Shown in pieces: positions 23,398 to 36,907 of a DNA stretch of 64,000 bases. The position numbers and the translations under genes were made by a program. The stretch spans positions 1-64,000 of the forward strand of contig NIVC01003609.1 of NCBI GenBank assembly GCA_002269645.1, read 5' to 3'. Position 1 is the stretch's first letter, and every line of letters begins with the position of its first letter. This stretch comes from Macrostomum lignano. Lineage: Eukaryota. The notes below the pieces were generated by a model that made no database searches, was not told the origin of the DNA, and saw only the letters and a list, made by a program, of their open reading frames with translations.

Positions 23398-23859
23398 ATG
23401 AAGCGCAAGATCCTGATTGCCATGGACGGTAGCGAGAACAGCCGTCGGGCGCTCCGCTGGTACGCCCAGAACATGAACAACCCGGAGGACCTGCTGATCT
23501 TCGTGTTCATCACCGACCCGCCGTCCATGTCGCTGCTGGCCCACAGCGTGGTGGCCACGCCGGAGGCCTACAACGCCGGCATCGCCCGCGGCATCGAGGA
23601 GGGCAAAGCGTTGGCAACAAAAACTCGCCAGTTTTGTGCAAGCCTTGGCCTGAAAAATACGCAACGATTCCTGGAAAGAATGACTCACGGCGTCGGACCA
23701 GCGATTGTTGAAATTGCCAACGAGGAGGCGGTGGACCTCATCCTGGTTGGCAACCGCGGACTGGGCACGATGAGGCGGACTTTCTTGGGCAGCGTGTCTG
23801 ACTACGTGCTGCACCACGCCCACCGGCCTGTGGCGGTTGTGCCGCCTCCCAAAGAGTGA
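23398..23859 (+). CDS. Universal stress protein (UspA/MJ0577-like, ATP-binding type), 153 aa, single coding exon
   Basis: N-terminal RKILIAMDGSENS; G-2x-G-9x-GS motif GNRGLGTMRRTFLGS; C-terminal SDYVLHHAHRPVAVV; intact ORF with GC-rich codons. Confidence 0.95.
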   Translation: MKRKILIAMDGSENSRRALRWYAQNMNNPEDLLIFVFITDPPSMSLLAHSVVATPEAYNAGIARGIEEGKALATKTRQFCASLGLKNTQRFLERMTHGVGPAIVEIANEEAVDLILVGNRGLGTMRRTFLGSVSDYVLHHAHRPVAVVPPPKE

Positions 23860-24039
23860 CCGACCGCTTGATAACTCTCGGCTGATTGACAGCTGGCGTC
23901 AAATTTGCAGCCAATTATGCGCTTTATTAGTGCGAGCGTATATTGCATAGCGAGACTGCCAGATATAAATACTCCTGCTGAATATTAAGTTATGCATTAC
24001 AAGTATAATAATTTTATGTATGCGCGCTTAGTTTTATTC

Positions 24040-26535
24040 ACCTGCCTGCCTGCCTGCTGTCTGTCTTAGTGTCTGTCTCAGTGTCTGTCTCAGTGTCTCA
24101 GTGTCTGTCTCTCAGTGTCTTAGTGTCTGTCTCAGTGTCTCAGTGTCTGTCCCAGTGTCTGTCTCAGTGTCTCAGTGTCTGTCCCAGTGTCTGTCTCAGT
24201 GTCTTAGTGTCTGTCCCAGTGTCTGTCTCAGTGTTTTAGTGTCTGTCTGAGTGTCCCAGTGTCTGTCTCAGTGTCCCAGTGTCTGTCTAAGTGTCTCAGT
24301 GTCTGTCTCAGTGTCCCAGTGTCTGTCTAAGTGTCTCAGTGTCTGTCTCAGTGTCTCAGTGTCTGTCTGAGTGTCTCAGTGTCTGTCTCAGTGTCTTAGT
24401 GTCTGTCTGTCTTAGTGTCTGTCTCAGTGTCTCAGTGTCTGTCCCAGTGTCTGTCTCAATGTTTTAGTGTCTGTATGAGTGTCCCAGTGTCTGTCTCAGT
24501 GTCTCAGCGTCTGTCTGAGTGTCCAAGTGTCTGTCTCAGTGTCTCAGCGTCTGTCTGAGTGTCCCAGTGTCTGTCTCAGTGTCTCAGCGTCTGTCTCAGT
24601 GTCCCAGTGTCTGTCTCAGTGTCTTAGTGTCTGTCTCAGTGTCTCAGTGTCTGTCCCAGTGTCTGTCTCAATGTTTTAGTGTCTGTATGAGTGTCCCAGT
24701 GTCTGTCTCAGTGTCTCAGCGTCTGTCTCAGTGTCCCAGTGTCTGTCTCAGTGTCTCAGTGTCTGTCTCAGTGTCTCAGTGTCTGTCTCAGTGTCCCAGT
24801 GTCTGCCTCAGTGTCTCAGTGTCTGTCTCAGTGTCCCAGTGTCTGCCTCAGTGTCTCAGCGTCTGTCTCAGTGTCCCAGTGTCTGTCTCAGTGTCTCAGT
24901 GTCTGTCTCAGTGTCCCAGTGTCTGCCTCAGTGTCTCAGCGTCTGTCTCAGTGTCCCAGTGTCCCAGTGTCTGTCTCAGTGTCTCAGTGTCTCAGTGTCT
25001 GTCTCAGTGTCTCATTGTCTGTCTCAGTGTCCCAGTGTCTGTCTCAGTGTCTCAGTGTCTGTCTCAGTGTCCCAGTGTCTGTCTCAGTGTCTCAGCGTCT
25101 GTCTCAGTGTCCCAGTGTCTGTCTCAGTGTCTCAGTGTCTGTCTCAGTGTCCCAGTGTCTGCCTCAGTGTCTCAGCGTCTGTCTCAGTGTCCCAGTGTCC
25201 CAGTGTCTGTCTCAGTGTCTCAGTGTCTCAGTGTCTGTCTCAGTGTCTCATTCTCTGTCTCAGTGTCCCAGTGTCTGTCTCAGTGTCTCAGCGTCTGTCT
25301 CAGTGTCCCAGTGTCTGTCTCAGTGTCTCAGTGTCTGTCTCAGTGTCTCAGTGTCTCAGTGTCTGTCTCAGTGTCTCATTGTCTGTCTCAGTGTCCCAGT
25401 GTCTGTCTCAGTGTCTCAGTGTCTGTCTCAGTGTCCCAGCGTCTGTCTCAGTGTCCCAGTGTCTGTCTCAGTGTCTCAGTGTCTGTCTCAGTGTCTTAGT
25501 GTCTGTCTCAGTGTCTCAGTGTCTGTCTCAGTGTCTCAGTGTCTGCCTCAGTGTCTTAGTGTCTGTCTCAGTGTCTCAGTGTCTGTCTCAGTGTCTCAGT
25601 GTCTGTCTCAGTGTCTTAGGGTCTGTCTCAGTGTCTCAGTGTCTGTCTCAGTGTCTCATTGTCTGTCTCAGTGTCCCAGTGTCTGTCTCAGTGTCTCAGT
25701 GTCTGTCTCAGTGTCCCAGTGTCTGTCTCAGTGTCTCAGCGTCTGTCTCAGTGTCCCAGTGTCTGTCTCAGTGTCTCAGTGTCTGTCTCAGTGTCCCAGT
25801 GTCTGCCTCAGTGTCTCAGCGTCTGTCTCAGTGTCCCAGTGTCCCAGTGTCTGTCTCAGTGTCTCAGTGTCTCAGTGTCTGTCTCAGTGTCTCATTGTCT
25901 GTCTCAGTGTCCCAGTGTCTGTCTCAGTGTCTCAGCGTCTGTCTCAGTGTCTCATTGTCTGTCTCAGTGTCTCAGTGTCTGTCTCAGTGTCCCAGTGTCT
26001 GTCTCAGTGTCCCAGCGTCTGTCTCAGTGTCCCAGTGTCTGTCTCAGTGTCTCAGTGTCTGTCTCAGTGTCTTAGTGTCTGTCTCAGTGTCTCAGTGTCT
26101 GTCTCAGTGTCTCAGTGTCTGCCTCAGTGTCTTAGTGTCTGTCTCAGTGTCTCAGTGTCTGTCTCAGTGTCTCAGTGTCTGTCTCAGTGTCTTAGTGTCT
26201 GTCTCAGTGTCTCAGTGTCTCAGTGTCTGTCTCAGTGTCTCATTGTCTGTCTCAGTGTCTCAGTGTCCCAGTGTCTGTCTCAGTGTCCCAGTGTCTGTCT
26301 CAGTGTCTTAGTGTCTGTCTTAGTGTCTCAGTGTCTGTCTCAGTGTCTCAGTGTCTGTCTCAGTGTCTCAGTGTCTGTCTCAGTGTCCCAGTGTCTGTCT
26401 CAGTGTCTTAGTGTCTGTCTCAGTGTCTCAGTGTCTGTCTCAGTGTCCCAGTGTCTGTCTCAGTGTCTTAGTGTCTGTCTCAGTGTCTCAGTGTCTGTCT
26501 CAGTGTCTCAGTGTCTCAGTGTCTCAGTGTCTGAC
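24040..26535. repeat. 20-bp compound minisatellite (cagtgtctcagtgtctgtct), about 2.5 kb
   Basis: Period 20; source of the spurious 300-600 aa ORFs. Confidence 0.95.
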
Positions 26536-27084
26536 TCATTTTCTTAGTGGAATTTCCGTAAGCCTCATCCAAGTTATACTTATTTACACTTCTTTGCCCA
26601 TAAATTTTTTCCCATTTTCGATAAAAAAGTATAAATCAACTTTTCCAATGTTTTTCTGAGTTCCAAAGCTAATTATTGCTTCAAGAGTTTCACTTATGCT
26701 CAAAAAGCGAGATAAATCTCGAATAGAAATTTTTAAAAATTGACGCAGAGCTTTGACATCTCATTGAGCAGCAAAGCATGCAGGGTGAATAAGTCATATT
26801 TTAGAATATTTTGAATTGCGTGAGATTTGAATTCACGTAGCTCGTATTACAAAGGTTGAATTGCATTCTGTTTCTAAAATCGGAAAAAGATACTTTACAA
26901 ATGTGTAGTCCACTACCGATAGTAAAAATACAAAGTTATTATACTTTGATAAGATGCTTTAGATAAAATAAGCTGTAGGATCGTGTAGATATATGCAAGA
27001 TGAAGATATTCATGGTGGTGCACACAAGGACTACTTAACACACAACGTCCTGTGTTGTTAAGTAGCCCTCGAGTGCACATAGGA

Positions 27085-29640
27085 TACTGGTACTATAGAT
27101 GGGGATTTTGGTACTGTAAATGGGGATATTGGTGCTGTAGATAAGGACATTGGTGCTGTAGATAAGATATTGGTGCTGTAGATAAGATATTGGTGCTGTA
27201 GATGGGATATTGGTGCTGTAGATAAGGATATTGGTGCTGTAGATAAGGATATTGGTGCTGTAGATAAGGATATTGGTGCTGTAGATGGGATATTGGTGCT
27301 GTAGATAAGGATATTGGTGCTGTAGATGAGATACTGGTGCTGTAGAGGGGATATTGGTGCTGTAGATAAGGATATTGGTGCTGTAGATGGGGATTTTGGT
27401 ACTGTAAATGGGGATATTGGTGCTGTAGATAAGGATATTGGTGCTGTAGATGGGATATTGGTGCTGTAGATAAGGATATTGGTGCTGTAGATAAGGATAT
27501 TGGTGCTGTAGATAAGGATATTGGTGCTGTAGATGGGATATTGGTGCTTTAGATGGGATACTGGTACTATAGATGGGGATTTTGGTACTGTAAATGGGGA
27601 TATTGGTGCTGTAGATAAGGATATTGGTGCTGTAGATGGGATATTGGTACTATAGATGGGGATTTTGGTACTGTAAATGGGGATATTGGTGCTGTAGATA
27701 AGGATATTGGTGCTGTAGATGGGGATTTTGGTACTGTAAATGGGGATATTGGTGCTTTAGATAAGGATATTGGTGCTGTAGATAAGGATATTGGTGCTGT
27801 AGATGGGATATTGGTGCTGTAGATAAGGATATTGGTGCTGTAGATGGGGATTTTGGTACTGTAAATGGGGATATTGGTGCTGTAGATAAGGATATTGGTG
27901 CTGTAGATGGGATATTGGTGCTGTAGATAAGATATTGGTGCTGTAGATAAGATATTGGTGCTGTAGATGGGATATTGGTGCTGTAGATAAGGATATTGGT
28001 GCTGTAGATAAGGATATTGGTGCTGTAGATAAGGATATTGGTGCTGTAGATGGGATATTGGTGCTGTAGATAAGGATATTGGTGCTGTAGATGAGATACT
28101 GGTGCTGTAGAGGGGATATTGGTGCTGTAGATAAGGATATTGGTGCTGTAGATGGGGATTTTGGTACTGTAAATGGGGATATTGGTGCTGTAGATAAGGA
28201 TATTGGTGCTGTAGATGGGATATTGGTGCTGTAGATAAGGATATTGGTGCTGTAGATAAGGATATTGGTGCTGTAGATAAGGATATTGGTGCTGTAGATG
28301 GGATATTGGTGCTTTAGATGGGATACTGGTACTATAGATGGGGATTTTGGTACTGTAAATGGGGATATTGGTGCTGTAGATAAGGATATTGGTGCTGTAG
28401 ATGGGATATTGGTACTATAGATGGGGATTTTGGTACTGTAAATGGGGATATTGGTGCTGTAGATAAGGATATTGGTGCTGTAGATGGGGATTTTGGTACT
28501 GTAAATGGGGATATTGGTGCTTTAGATAAGGATATTGGTGCTGTAGATAAGGATATTGGTGCTGTAGATGGGATATTGGTGCTGTAGATAAGGATATTGG
28601 TGCTGTAGATGGGGATTTTGGTACTGTAAATGGGGATATTGGTGCTGTAGATAAGGATATTGGTGCTGTAGATGGGATATTGGTGCTGTAGATAAGGATA
28701 TTGGTGCTGTAGATAAGGATATTGGTGCTGTAGATGGGATATTGGTGCTGTAGAATGGGATATTGGTGCTGTAGATGAGATACTGGTGCTGTAGAGGGGA
28801 TATTGGTGCTGTAGATAAGGATATTGGTGCTGTAGATAAGGATATTGGTGCTGTAGATAAGGATATTGGTGCTGTAGATGGGATATTGGTGCTGTAGAAT
28901 GGGATATTGGTGCTGTAGATGAGATATTGGTGCTGTAGAGGGGATATTGGTGCTGTAGATGGGATATTGGTGCTGTAGATGGGATATTGGTGCTGTAGAT
29001 AAGGATATTGGTGCTGTAGATGGGGATTTTGGTACTGTAAATGGGGATATTGGTGCTGTAGATAAGGATATTGGTGCTGTAGATGGGATATTGGTGCTGT
29101 AGATAAGGATATTGGTGCTGTAGATAAGGATATTGGTGCTGTAGATGGGATATTGGTGCTGTAGAATGGGATATTGGTGCTGTAGATGAGATACTGGTGC
29201 TGTAGAGGGGATATTGGTGCTGTAGATAAGGATATTGGTGCTGTAGATAAGGATATTGGTGCTGTAGATAAGGATATTGGTGCTGTAGATGGGATATTGG
29301 TGCTGTAGAATGGGATATTGGTGCTGTAGATGAGATATTGGTGCTGTAGAGGGGATATTGCTGCTGTAGATAAGGATATTGGTGCTGTAGATGGAATATT
29401 GGTACAGTAGAATGGGACATTGGTACAGTAGAATGGGACTTTGATACAGTAGAATGGGATATTGGTGCTTTAGATGGGATATTGGTACTGTAGATGGGAT
29501 ATTGGTGCTGTAGATGGGATATTGGTGCCCTAGATGGGATAATGTTGCTGTAGATACATGTATGGATATTGGTGCTGTAGATGGGATATTGGTGCTGTAG
29601 ATGGGATATTGGTGCTGTAGATGGGATATTGTTGCTCTCG
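27085..29640. repeat. 20-21-bp minisatellite (gatattggtgctgtagataag) with higher-order blocks
   Basis: Marker gatgagatactgg at 27325, 28090, 28774, 29185. Confidence 0.95.
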
Positions 29641-30019
29641 ATAAGATTGTGAGCGGAGTGCTTTAAATCTAAGAAAACAGTGACAGAACAAACTACTTGT
29701 AGGAAACTAATTTGAACCTTGAAAATCTCCCTTAACACAAAGTTTGCAGCTGTCCGTGGACATCAACAACAAGGTACGATCGCAATAATAAGCCTTAAAA
29801 ACATACGTGTTTAACGCAACAAGCAAGCATAACGCAATGAAAACTCGTCTGTGCAGCGAACAAAAATCACCATGAATAACGACAAGACGCACATCCAGTT
29901 CGAGGAGGATCTCCGGACCACACTGCCAGACAACTAACTCAAATAGCAGGATAATTTACAGGCGATTTCATTTCAGGACTTTAATAATCCTGCGTAACCG
30001 CAGGGACCTTACAGCAGTC

Positions 30020-30455
30020 AGCATGGCCCTCTCCTCTCCGGACATGGCTGCTTCTCTCGCCACCGCTTCCATTAGGGCCAGGTACCCGAGGAGCGGTGCT
30101 TCTTCTGCCGCTCAGGCAGTGAAAACGCCGAGCACTTAATCTGCCACTGCCCCCCGGTCATCACCAGGGCCAGGCTCACTCACCTCGGGCCAAACCCGCG
30201 GTTCTATCTGACGTTTGCAGGCCCGAGAGCATCCCGCTGCTAGCCCGGTGCCTCAGGGACACGGGACGAGCTGAGTTCTTCCCCACCGTCGGTGAGGAGG
30301 ACCGCGCTGCAGGCGAGACCGACGGGTCCCCCTGAGCGACATCACTTCGACGGAAGTTTTTGGTCGCGAGGGGTTAGCGGAATGGGCGGTCTCCTCCGCC
30401 TCCTCGCTGCATCCGCCGGGACGATGCCCCCTGCAGTTAAGTCAAGAAGTAAGTC
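30020..30455 (+). mobile_element. 3' end of an RNase H-containing LINE (C-terminal Cys/His domain and tail)
   Basis: Translates LLSGHGCFSRHRFH*GQVPEERCFFCRSGSENAEHLICHCP (LTGH...C..C...E...H...C signature); ends in an aagtcaagaagtaagtc tail. Confidence 0.7.
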
Positions 30456-30484
30456 CCGACTTTACTGATTCTGATTTCAGGTTC

Positions 30485-30735
30485 CGACAGATCTGGCCGA
30501 CCATAATAAACTAGGACAACAGAGAACATCGATGTCATCAGCGGTCATGGGAGCCAGTCCTATCGCATCTTGACTGGGGATTTCCATCTCCGAAACGTCT
30601 GCTCGGTCTGGATGGCCCACTACTCACTACGGATCAACGTCAGGCCCGTGAGAACTGCGCCAAGCCGCCGGGGCTTGAATGACATCCTAAACTGCCTGCT
30701 TGTTGAGGATGAGACCTGGCTCTACTTGGATGGTA
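30485..30735 (+). mobile_element. Degenerate mariner transposase fragment
   Basis: RSGRP...RILTGDFHLRNVCSVWMAH...LNCLLVEDETWLY mirrors the mariner consensus RIL..DL.MRKV.ARWVPH...I.TGDETW. Confidence 0.65.
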
Positions 30736-30789
30736 AGAGCAGCAAGGCAGACATGACGTTGAGACGTAACTTTATGGGACGATTTTGAC

Positions 30790-31117
30790 CTGCAATTCTG
30801 GGGTTTCTGAAATTTCCTATGCAGATCTTTTAAGACAAGATGCTCTTGCGAACTTGAAATTGCTTTCAACCAGACCAGTAATTCCTTGTTAGCTGCGTCT
30901 ACTTGACCTCCGAAATATGGATTTTCCTCATCGGCTCTTAATAAATTAATATAAAATGCTTCAGCAATATTCTTAAAACTCGATTTAACCATCAGCTGCT
31001 CGATTAGCTATAAAAGCTTTTGAGCTTGCAATCCTTCCTGAGAAGCTGAAGTCCCAATCAACATTGAAAGTTTTTTCGCGTCTTCAAACTGCTTTTTTGA
31101 TTGATTGCTTTGGCACC
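30790..31117 (-). pseudogene. Possible decayed exon of an unidentified protein
   Basis: Minus-strand tttaccttgtcag acceptor, then about 105 codons with one in-frame TAG; no family recognised. Confidence 0.25.
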
Positions 31118-31455
31118 TGACAAGGTAAAATTTTTAATTTTAAGTATCAATCTTAATAATTCTCATGCAACCTGACAGCCGTCTCATAGGTCTAAATTTT
31201 TATTTTAACGACAAAATTTTCAGACAAAAACTAAACTAGATAACGTTGAGAACTCCAGCCGACTGTGTCACCAAGCAACTTTGGCGACCCGACCGCTGGT
31301 ACTGAGATGCTATTGAAGGTGCTGGTTATCATGATCAAGGCCACTCAATCTTTCTCCAAACATAAATCAGTGGTGCATCAGAATTCCTTCGTCAACAAGA
31401 AGTAAGACTCTTGTCTATTGTGTGAATTGATAACCGGAAAGATACTTGCGAGATA

Positions 31456-32231
<776 letters not shown>

Positions 32232-33439
32232 CACAGTATTTGCTCTATGGCATGACAGAGAGGATTCGCCGTTGGCCTCAACTTTGTAGGGGATAAGTTG
32301 TAAGCCGCCGCGAAGCAGATTGACATATCGGTGCGTGTCCCCTCAGCTCCCCATAAGACGCTCTCGCTGGCATTCCGGTGACAGGCAGTGCCTTCGGTCA
32401 ACTGTCAGTCATTCGGCATCAAAGAACAGTAAATAAAAATCTCTCATTTGGCTTTGGACCCAAACTGGACCAGATAGGGAAATAAGAGGGGATCGCAGAT
32501 TTAGTCCTTGCAGACAGCCAGAAAAACATTTTTGTCCAGGAATCTAAAATAAATTTACCAGTTCCAAGACTTCCAGTGGCGACTCAATCTCACACAGAAA
32601 AAAAACTATAGGAATTTTCAAGATGCCGCAAGAGAAGCATAAAAAGTGAGTTACTCGTAGGCGTCTCAGACTTTTTGAGGCTTACCTTTTGTTGCTCATT
32701 CCTTGTTGCTGTTCGCTGATAGCTGCAAACTTCGTGCTAACGGAGATTTTCTAGGAAACAGGTGGTCCATCGCACGCGAGTTTGGTTGGCAAAGCGGTTT
32801 AATTTAGTCAATTATTAATCCAAGCTACGTTGACAGGACATTGGGGAAGAGAGTGAATTGAGAAATCTCATTGAGTAGAGATTGAGAAATGCAGGCAAGC
32901 CAATTCCTGTAGAGTATCATTCGACAAATTGTCATTGCTTTTCATCTCCTAAGATGTCTTACTTGACTTAGCTGCTGGTGGATTCGGCATTCGGGCATCC
33001 GGTTGCAGCGGGAGACATCGCCTCAGCATTCTCAACCTTCACTAGGGGATGTTCCTTGGAGATAGCGATGCCTAGCAAAACAGTCATAAACTGAGAGAGT
33101 CATATGGTTACCGGGTTACCGCCCTGATGGCCCTGTGGTTGATTCTAATCCAATGCCAAGGTAACTTAACTGCCAAGGTAACATTGGTACAACAGATTTC
33201 AGTAGAAGATCGTTTTAAACCACCAGCATTCACCCATATTAGCGCTAAATTGGTTCAGATCGGAATTCAACAATTTATTGTCAATTTTTGTTGAGGGCCC
33301 TTAAAAACCAAGCATTAAAAGTCCAACCCTTGACGAAATGACTTTTCGCCACAGACATTCGTGGTGAAAAATCCTAATATATAAGGCCAAGACTTTTAAC
33401 GGAGTTTCCATTTGAGGAAGTGACCCGGGATTTGAGGAA

Positions 33440-33790
33440 AAGATAGGAGACGGCAGCGCGGGATTTCCGGCAGTTCACTTCTCCCTGTTCTTGGATGCCA
33501 CCCCCTGCTTGATCAGAAAGGTGATAACAACGGTAGGGGTGGGGGCCAGTGAAGGACCCTACCGAGCCAGCCTTGGCCAGGCGATCGGCCATCTCGTTGC
33601 CATGGGGTTGGCCCGAGTGCCTGGGGAAGCAGTTGATCTGTGCGATGCAATCAAGGACTGTACAGGAGCAGGTACGATAGAGGTGGATCGCCGTTTGACC
33701 GTTTCAGTGGAGGATGATCTTCTTCCCGCCCCACCCCCCCCCCCCCAGACTCGGCGCAGGAGCTGATGGGTCACAGTTCTCCTCCGCAAT
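33440..33790 (-). mobile_element. LINE RNase H fragment
   Basis: KIILH*NGQTAIH...TVLDCIAQIN..PRHSG..GNEMADRLAKAG...FTGPHP matches the LINE RNase H motif WVPGHSG..GNE.AD.LAK.G. Confidence 0.75.
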
Positions 33791-34704
33791 ACATTAGCCG
33801 TAACATGCAGTGTTGAAGTTATTTTGAGATCCTTCAGTGAAGCAGTCGTTTGCTTAGGGTTGCCAGCGGCCAGAATGATAAGATGCTAGAGAGCTGTCTT
33901 CTCAAACAGGCTCACAAAGGGTCAGACCACGCAGCTGCTGATGAAACAGTTTTCTACCTGCAGGCGTAAACCTTTTTTTAGGCTACAAAACACTCGGCCT
34001 CGCAGCGGTCAAAAAATGCTTTCGCATCGCTTCGTTTTCGCGTCAGCTGGATAGCTGGCCATGATCACCTGAGTTTTGGGTTTAGTGCACAGCGCACGCA
34101 CAGGCTAAATGGTGCAGTGCTCTGTGCAGATCGGCTTGGAGAGAACAATAGCCCTCCTGTGTGCCGGCTCTCTCCACCACCGACCACCGTCCCTGCGTCT
34201 TTAAGGCGACTGCAACAAGAGAAGACAAGCATTGCTGGTCTTTATAACCGTCTCTCTGTATTTAAAGTGTATTTTCTGTTCAATAAAACTGTTCTTTGCT
34301 ATTACTAAGTGCAATTCATGCTGATTGCATACAGTGTCAACTCGAAGCGATGACTGCGGCAACTAGTTCTCGCAAGCCAAAGTAAGTAAGTTTGTGCATT
34401 TATGTAGGATTTTAATTTCTTTTTTATTCGTATAGATCGTTCGCTTCAATTCACTGAAGGCCGAGGGGTCTCAAATAATCAACTTTACCCTCTGGGAGAA
34501 CTGTGAAAACCTTCTATTACAATAGCACACCGGCACGGCACCGGAAAGTTAAAAACATGCAGTATTCTTGCTTATTTCAAAATCGTTTGTTAACGCGTTT
34601 CATCCTAAGCGGAAATCTTTAGGGCAACTAACTGCCAGTGGTTCACATCGGATCACATATCTTTGCTGATAAATAGTGAAAAGAATTAAACAACATCCAA
34701 TCCC

Positions 34705-35400
34705 CAAGCACCCCTGTTCCTTCCCCAGCACTCTGTCTCTTCCCCAGCACTCTGTCTCTTCCCCAGCACTCTGTCTCTTCCCCAGCACTCTGTCCTTCCC
34801 AGCACTGTCCTTCCCCAGCACTCTGTCCTTCCCCAGCACTCCTGTCCCTTCCCCAGCACTCCTGTCTCTTCCCCAGCACCCCTGTCCCTTCCCCAGCACT
34901 CTGTCTTTCCCCAGTACTCCTGTCCATTCCCCATCACTCTGTCCCTTTCCCAGCACTCTGTCCATTCCCAGCACCCTGTCCTTTTACCAGCACTCCTGTC
35001 CATTCCCCAGCACTCCTGTCCATTCCCCAGCACTCCTGTCCATTCCCCAGCACTCTGTTCCTTCCCCAGCACTCTGTCCCTTCCCCAGCACTCCTGTCCT
35101 TCCCCAGCACTCTGTCCCTTCCCCAGCACTCTGTCCCTTCCTCAGCACTCTGTCCTTCCCCAGCACTCCTGTCCATTCCCCATCACTCTGTCCCTTCCCC
35201 AGCATTCTGTCCCTTTCCCAGCACTCTGTCCCTTCCCAAGCACCCTGTCCATTCCCAAGCACCCCTGTCCCTTCCCAAGCACCCTGTCCATTCCCTAGCA
35301 TCCATGTCCCATTCCCAGCACCCTGTCCTTTTCCCAGCACTCCTGTCCCTTCCCCAGCACCCCTATCCCTTCCATAGCACCCCTGTGTCTTCCCCAGTAA
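34705..35400. repeat. 19-20-bp minisatellite (ccccagcactctgtccctt)
   Basis: Direct periodicity. Confidence 0.92.
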
Positions 35401-36599
35401 CCCATGTCTCTCCCTCCACTCAGTTCTTCAGGCACCTGTCTTTTGTCGCTCTAGTGCATTCAGTTGCTTTATAGCTCGTAGATTCCCAGCACCCTTTAAT
35501 AACAAAAGTCCAGGTACCAGTCGATGAAGAACTTGATCCACCCACTTCAAAAGAATCAATCAATCCTTGCCCTATCCCAAGCCTGCGGCCACAAAACAGA
35601 ATTCCTTAAGAAGTCCGTGTCAAAACATTGCAGCAGAAGGGTATGAAGGCGAATACAAACAACCAGCCCGGTAGAATAATCTTATTCAAAGATTCCTTCG
35701 GAAGATTAAAGGAAAGGGGTTTAGCACAGCAAAGGACTGGAACGGAGAGAGGTTAGAGACGAAGCGATAGACAGTGACATTTTCACTTCAAACAGAATTT
35801 TTGTTGGATCAAAAAATCTTCGATAAGTCAAAATACGGCAGGCAGTTGGTTTCTGGTTGTGCCCCTTTGGGTTTTGCTTTGAAATCGAATATGCCCTGGC
35901 CCATGTCATTTTACCCCTTTTCGCCTTTTACTATCTCCACGTTTCCATCTCTTAAAAAAGTATTTTGTTGAAATGTTCTAAATTTTTTAATTCTGTTCTA
36001 TTTAACACGGTGGTAGTTATACGCGAATGAATGAGTAAATAGTACACTGCAGAAATGTACAACCTGAAGCACATGTACGTGCGCTACAGGAAAGGAAATG
36101 GCGTGGTGGAGGAACTGTGGAAGAGATTGCCGTGAGCTAGTTGAGTGAGGTGAAATGCACTTTTTTACATTCTATTGTCAACGTTTTGTGGGAGCTGAAA
36201 TGAAGCACTGCGTTGCACAAAAGTACAGGAGAAATGCAAAATATGTTCTGGAAATCTGTGTTGTTTCAAGAAGCTATTGCGCTCATACTTACTACTATTC
36301 TGCTTTAGATCTGTGTTTAAAGTTTCCAACATTTATTAAACTTTAATTCCCTCTAATAGAGCCTTGGCTCGATATGAATTCTGGCTTTTTGCATCGTCGC
36401 AATCGGGGTGAATATGCCTGTGAATTTGGTTCGGAATTTCGCAACTATTCAAATACATACTAATATAATAGTATACTACGTAGTACTCGTAGTACTCGTA
36501 AATATACATCTTCCTATAGTTCAGAATTCGAGTTTTTTTATCTAATTGACACAAACAGAAGGATTTAGAAAAAGGGTCTATTTCTCTACCTATAGTGCT

Positions 36600-36907
36600 C
36601 AGTCCTTTGATTGAGCTCCGCTACTCAATGCCCTCTAGGTCACTTTGATTGAGCTCCGCTACTCAATACCCTCTTGGTCACTTTGATTGCCGCTACTCTC
36701 AGTCACTTTGATTGAGCTCCGCTACTCAATGCCATCTAGGTCACTTATGATTGAGCTCCGCTACTCAATGCCCTCTCGGTCACTTTTGATTGAGCTCCGC
36801 TACTCCCCAATGCCATCTAGGTCACTTTGATAGAGCTCCGCTACTCCCCAATGCCATCTAGGTCACTTTGATTGAGCTCCGCTACTCAATATACCATCTA
36901 GGTCACT
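36600..36907. repeat. About 38-bp minisatellite (gagctccgctactcaatgccctctaggtcactttgatt)
   Basis: About 8 imperfect copies. Confidence 0.88.

Noticed and set aside
24479-26659. Long ORFs (up to 618 aa) of [10 protein letters not shown] type, and similar ORFs at 10.5-12 kb, 15.7-16.5 kb, 22.1-22.7 kb, 28.3-29.7 kb, 31.4-32.4 kb, 34.6-35.4 kb, 41.3-41.9 kb, 43.4-44.7 kb, 52.3-53.5 kb and 55.7-56.2 kb
   Set aside because: They are translations of stop-free tandem repeats, open in several frames at once, often inside introns, with no protein-like complexity.
33811-34333. Possible solo LTR (TGT...aataaaa...ACA)
   Set aside because: No TSD could be matched and no PBS or PPT is adjacent; boundaries are arbitrary.
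35480-35640. Possible RTE-type LINE fragment (EELDPPTSKE...TEFLK)
   Set aside because: Similarity is recalled, short and needs frameshifts; cannot be supported without a search.
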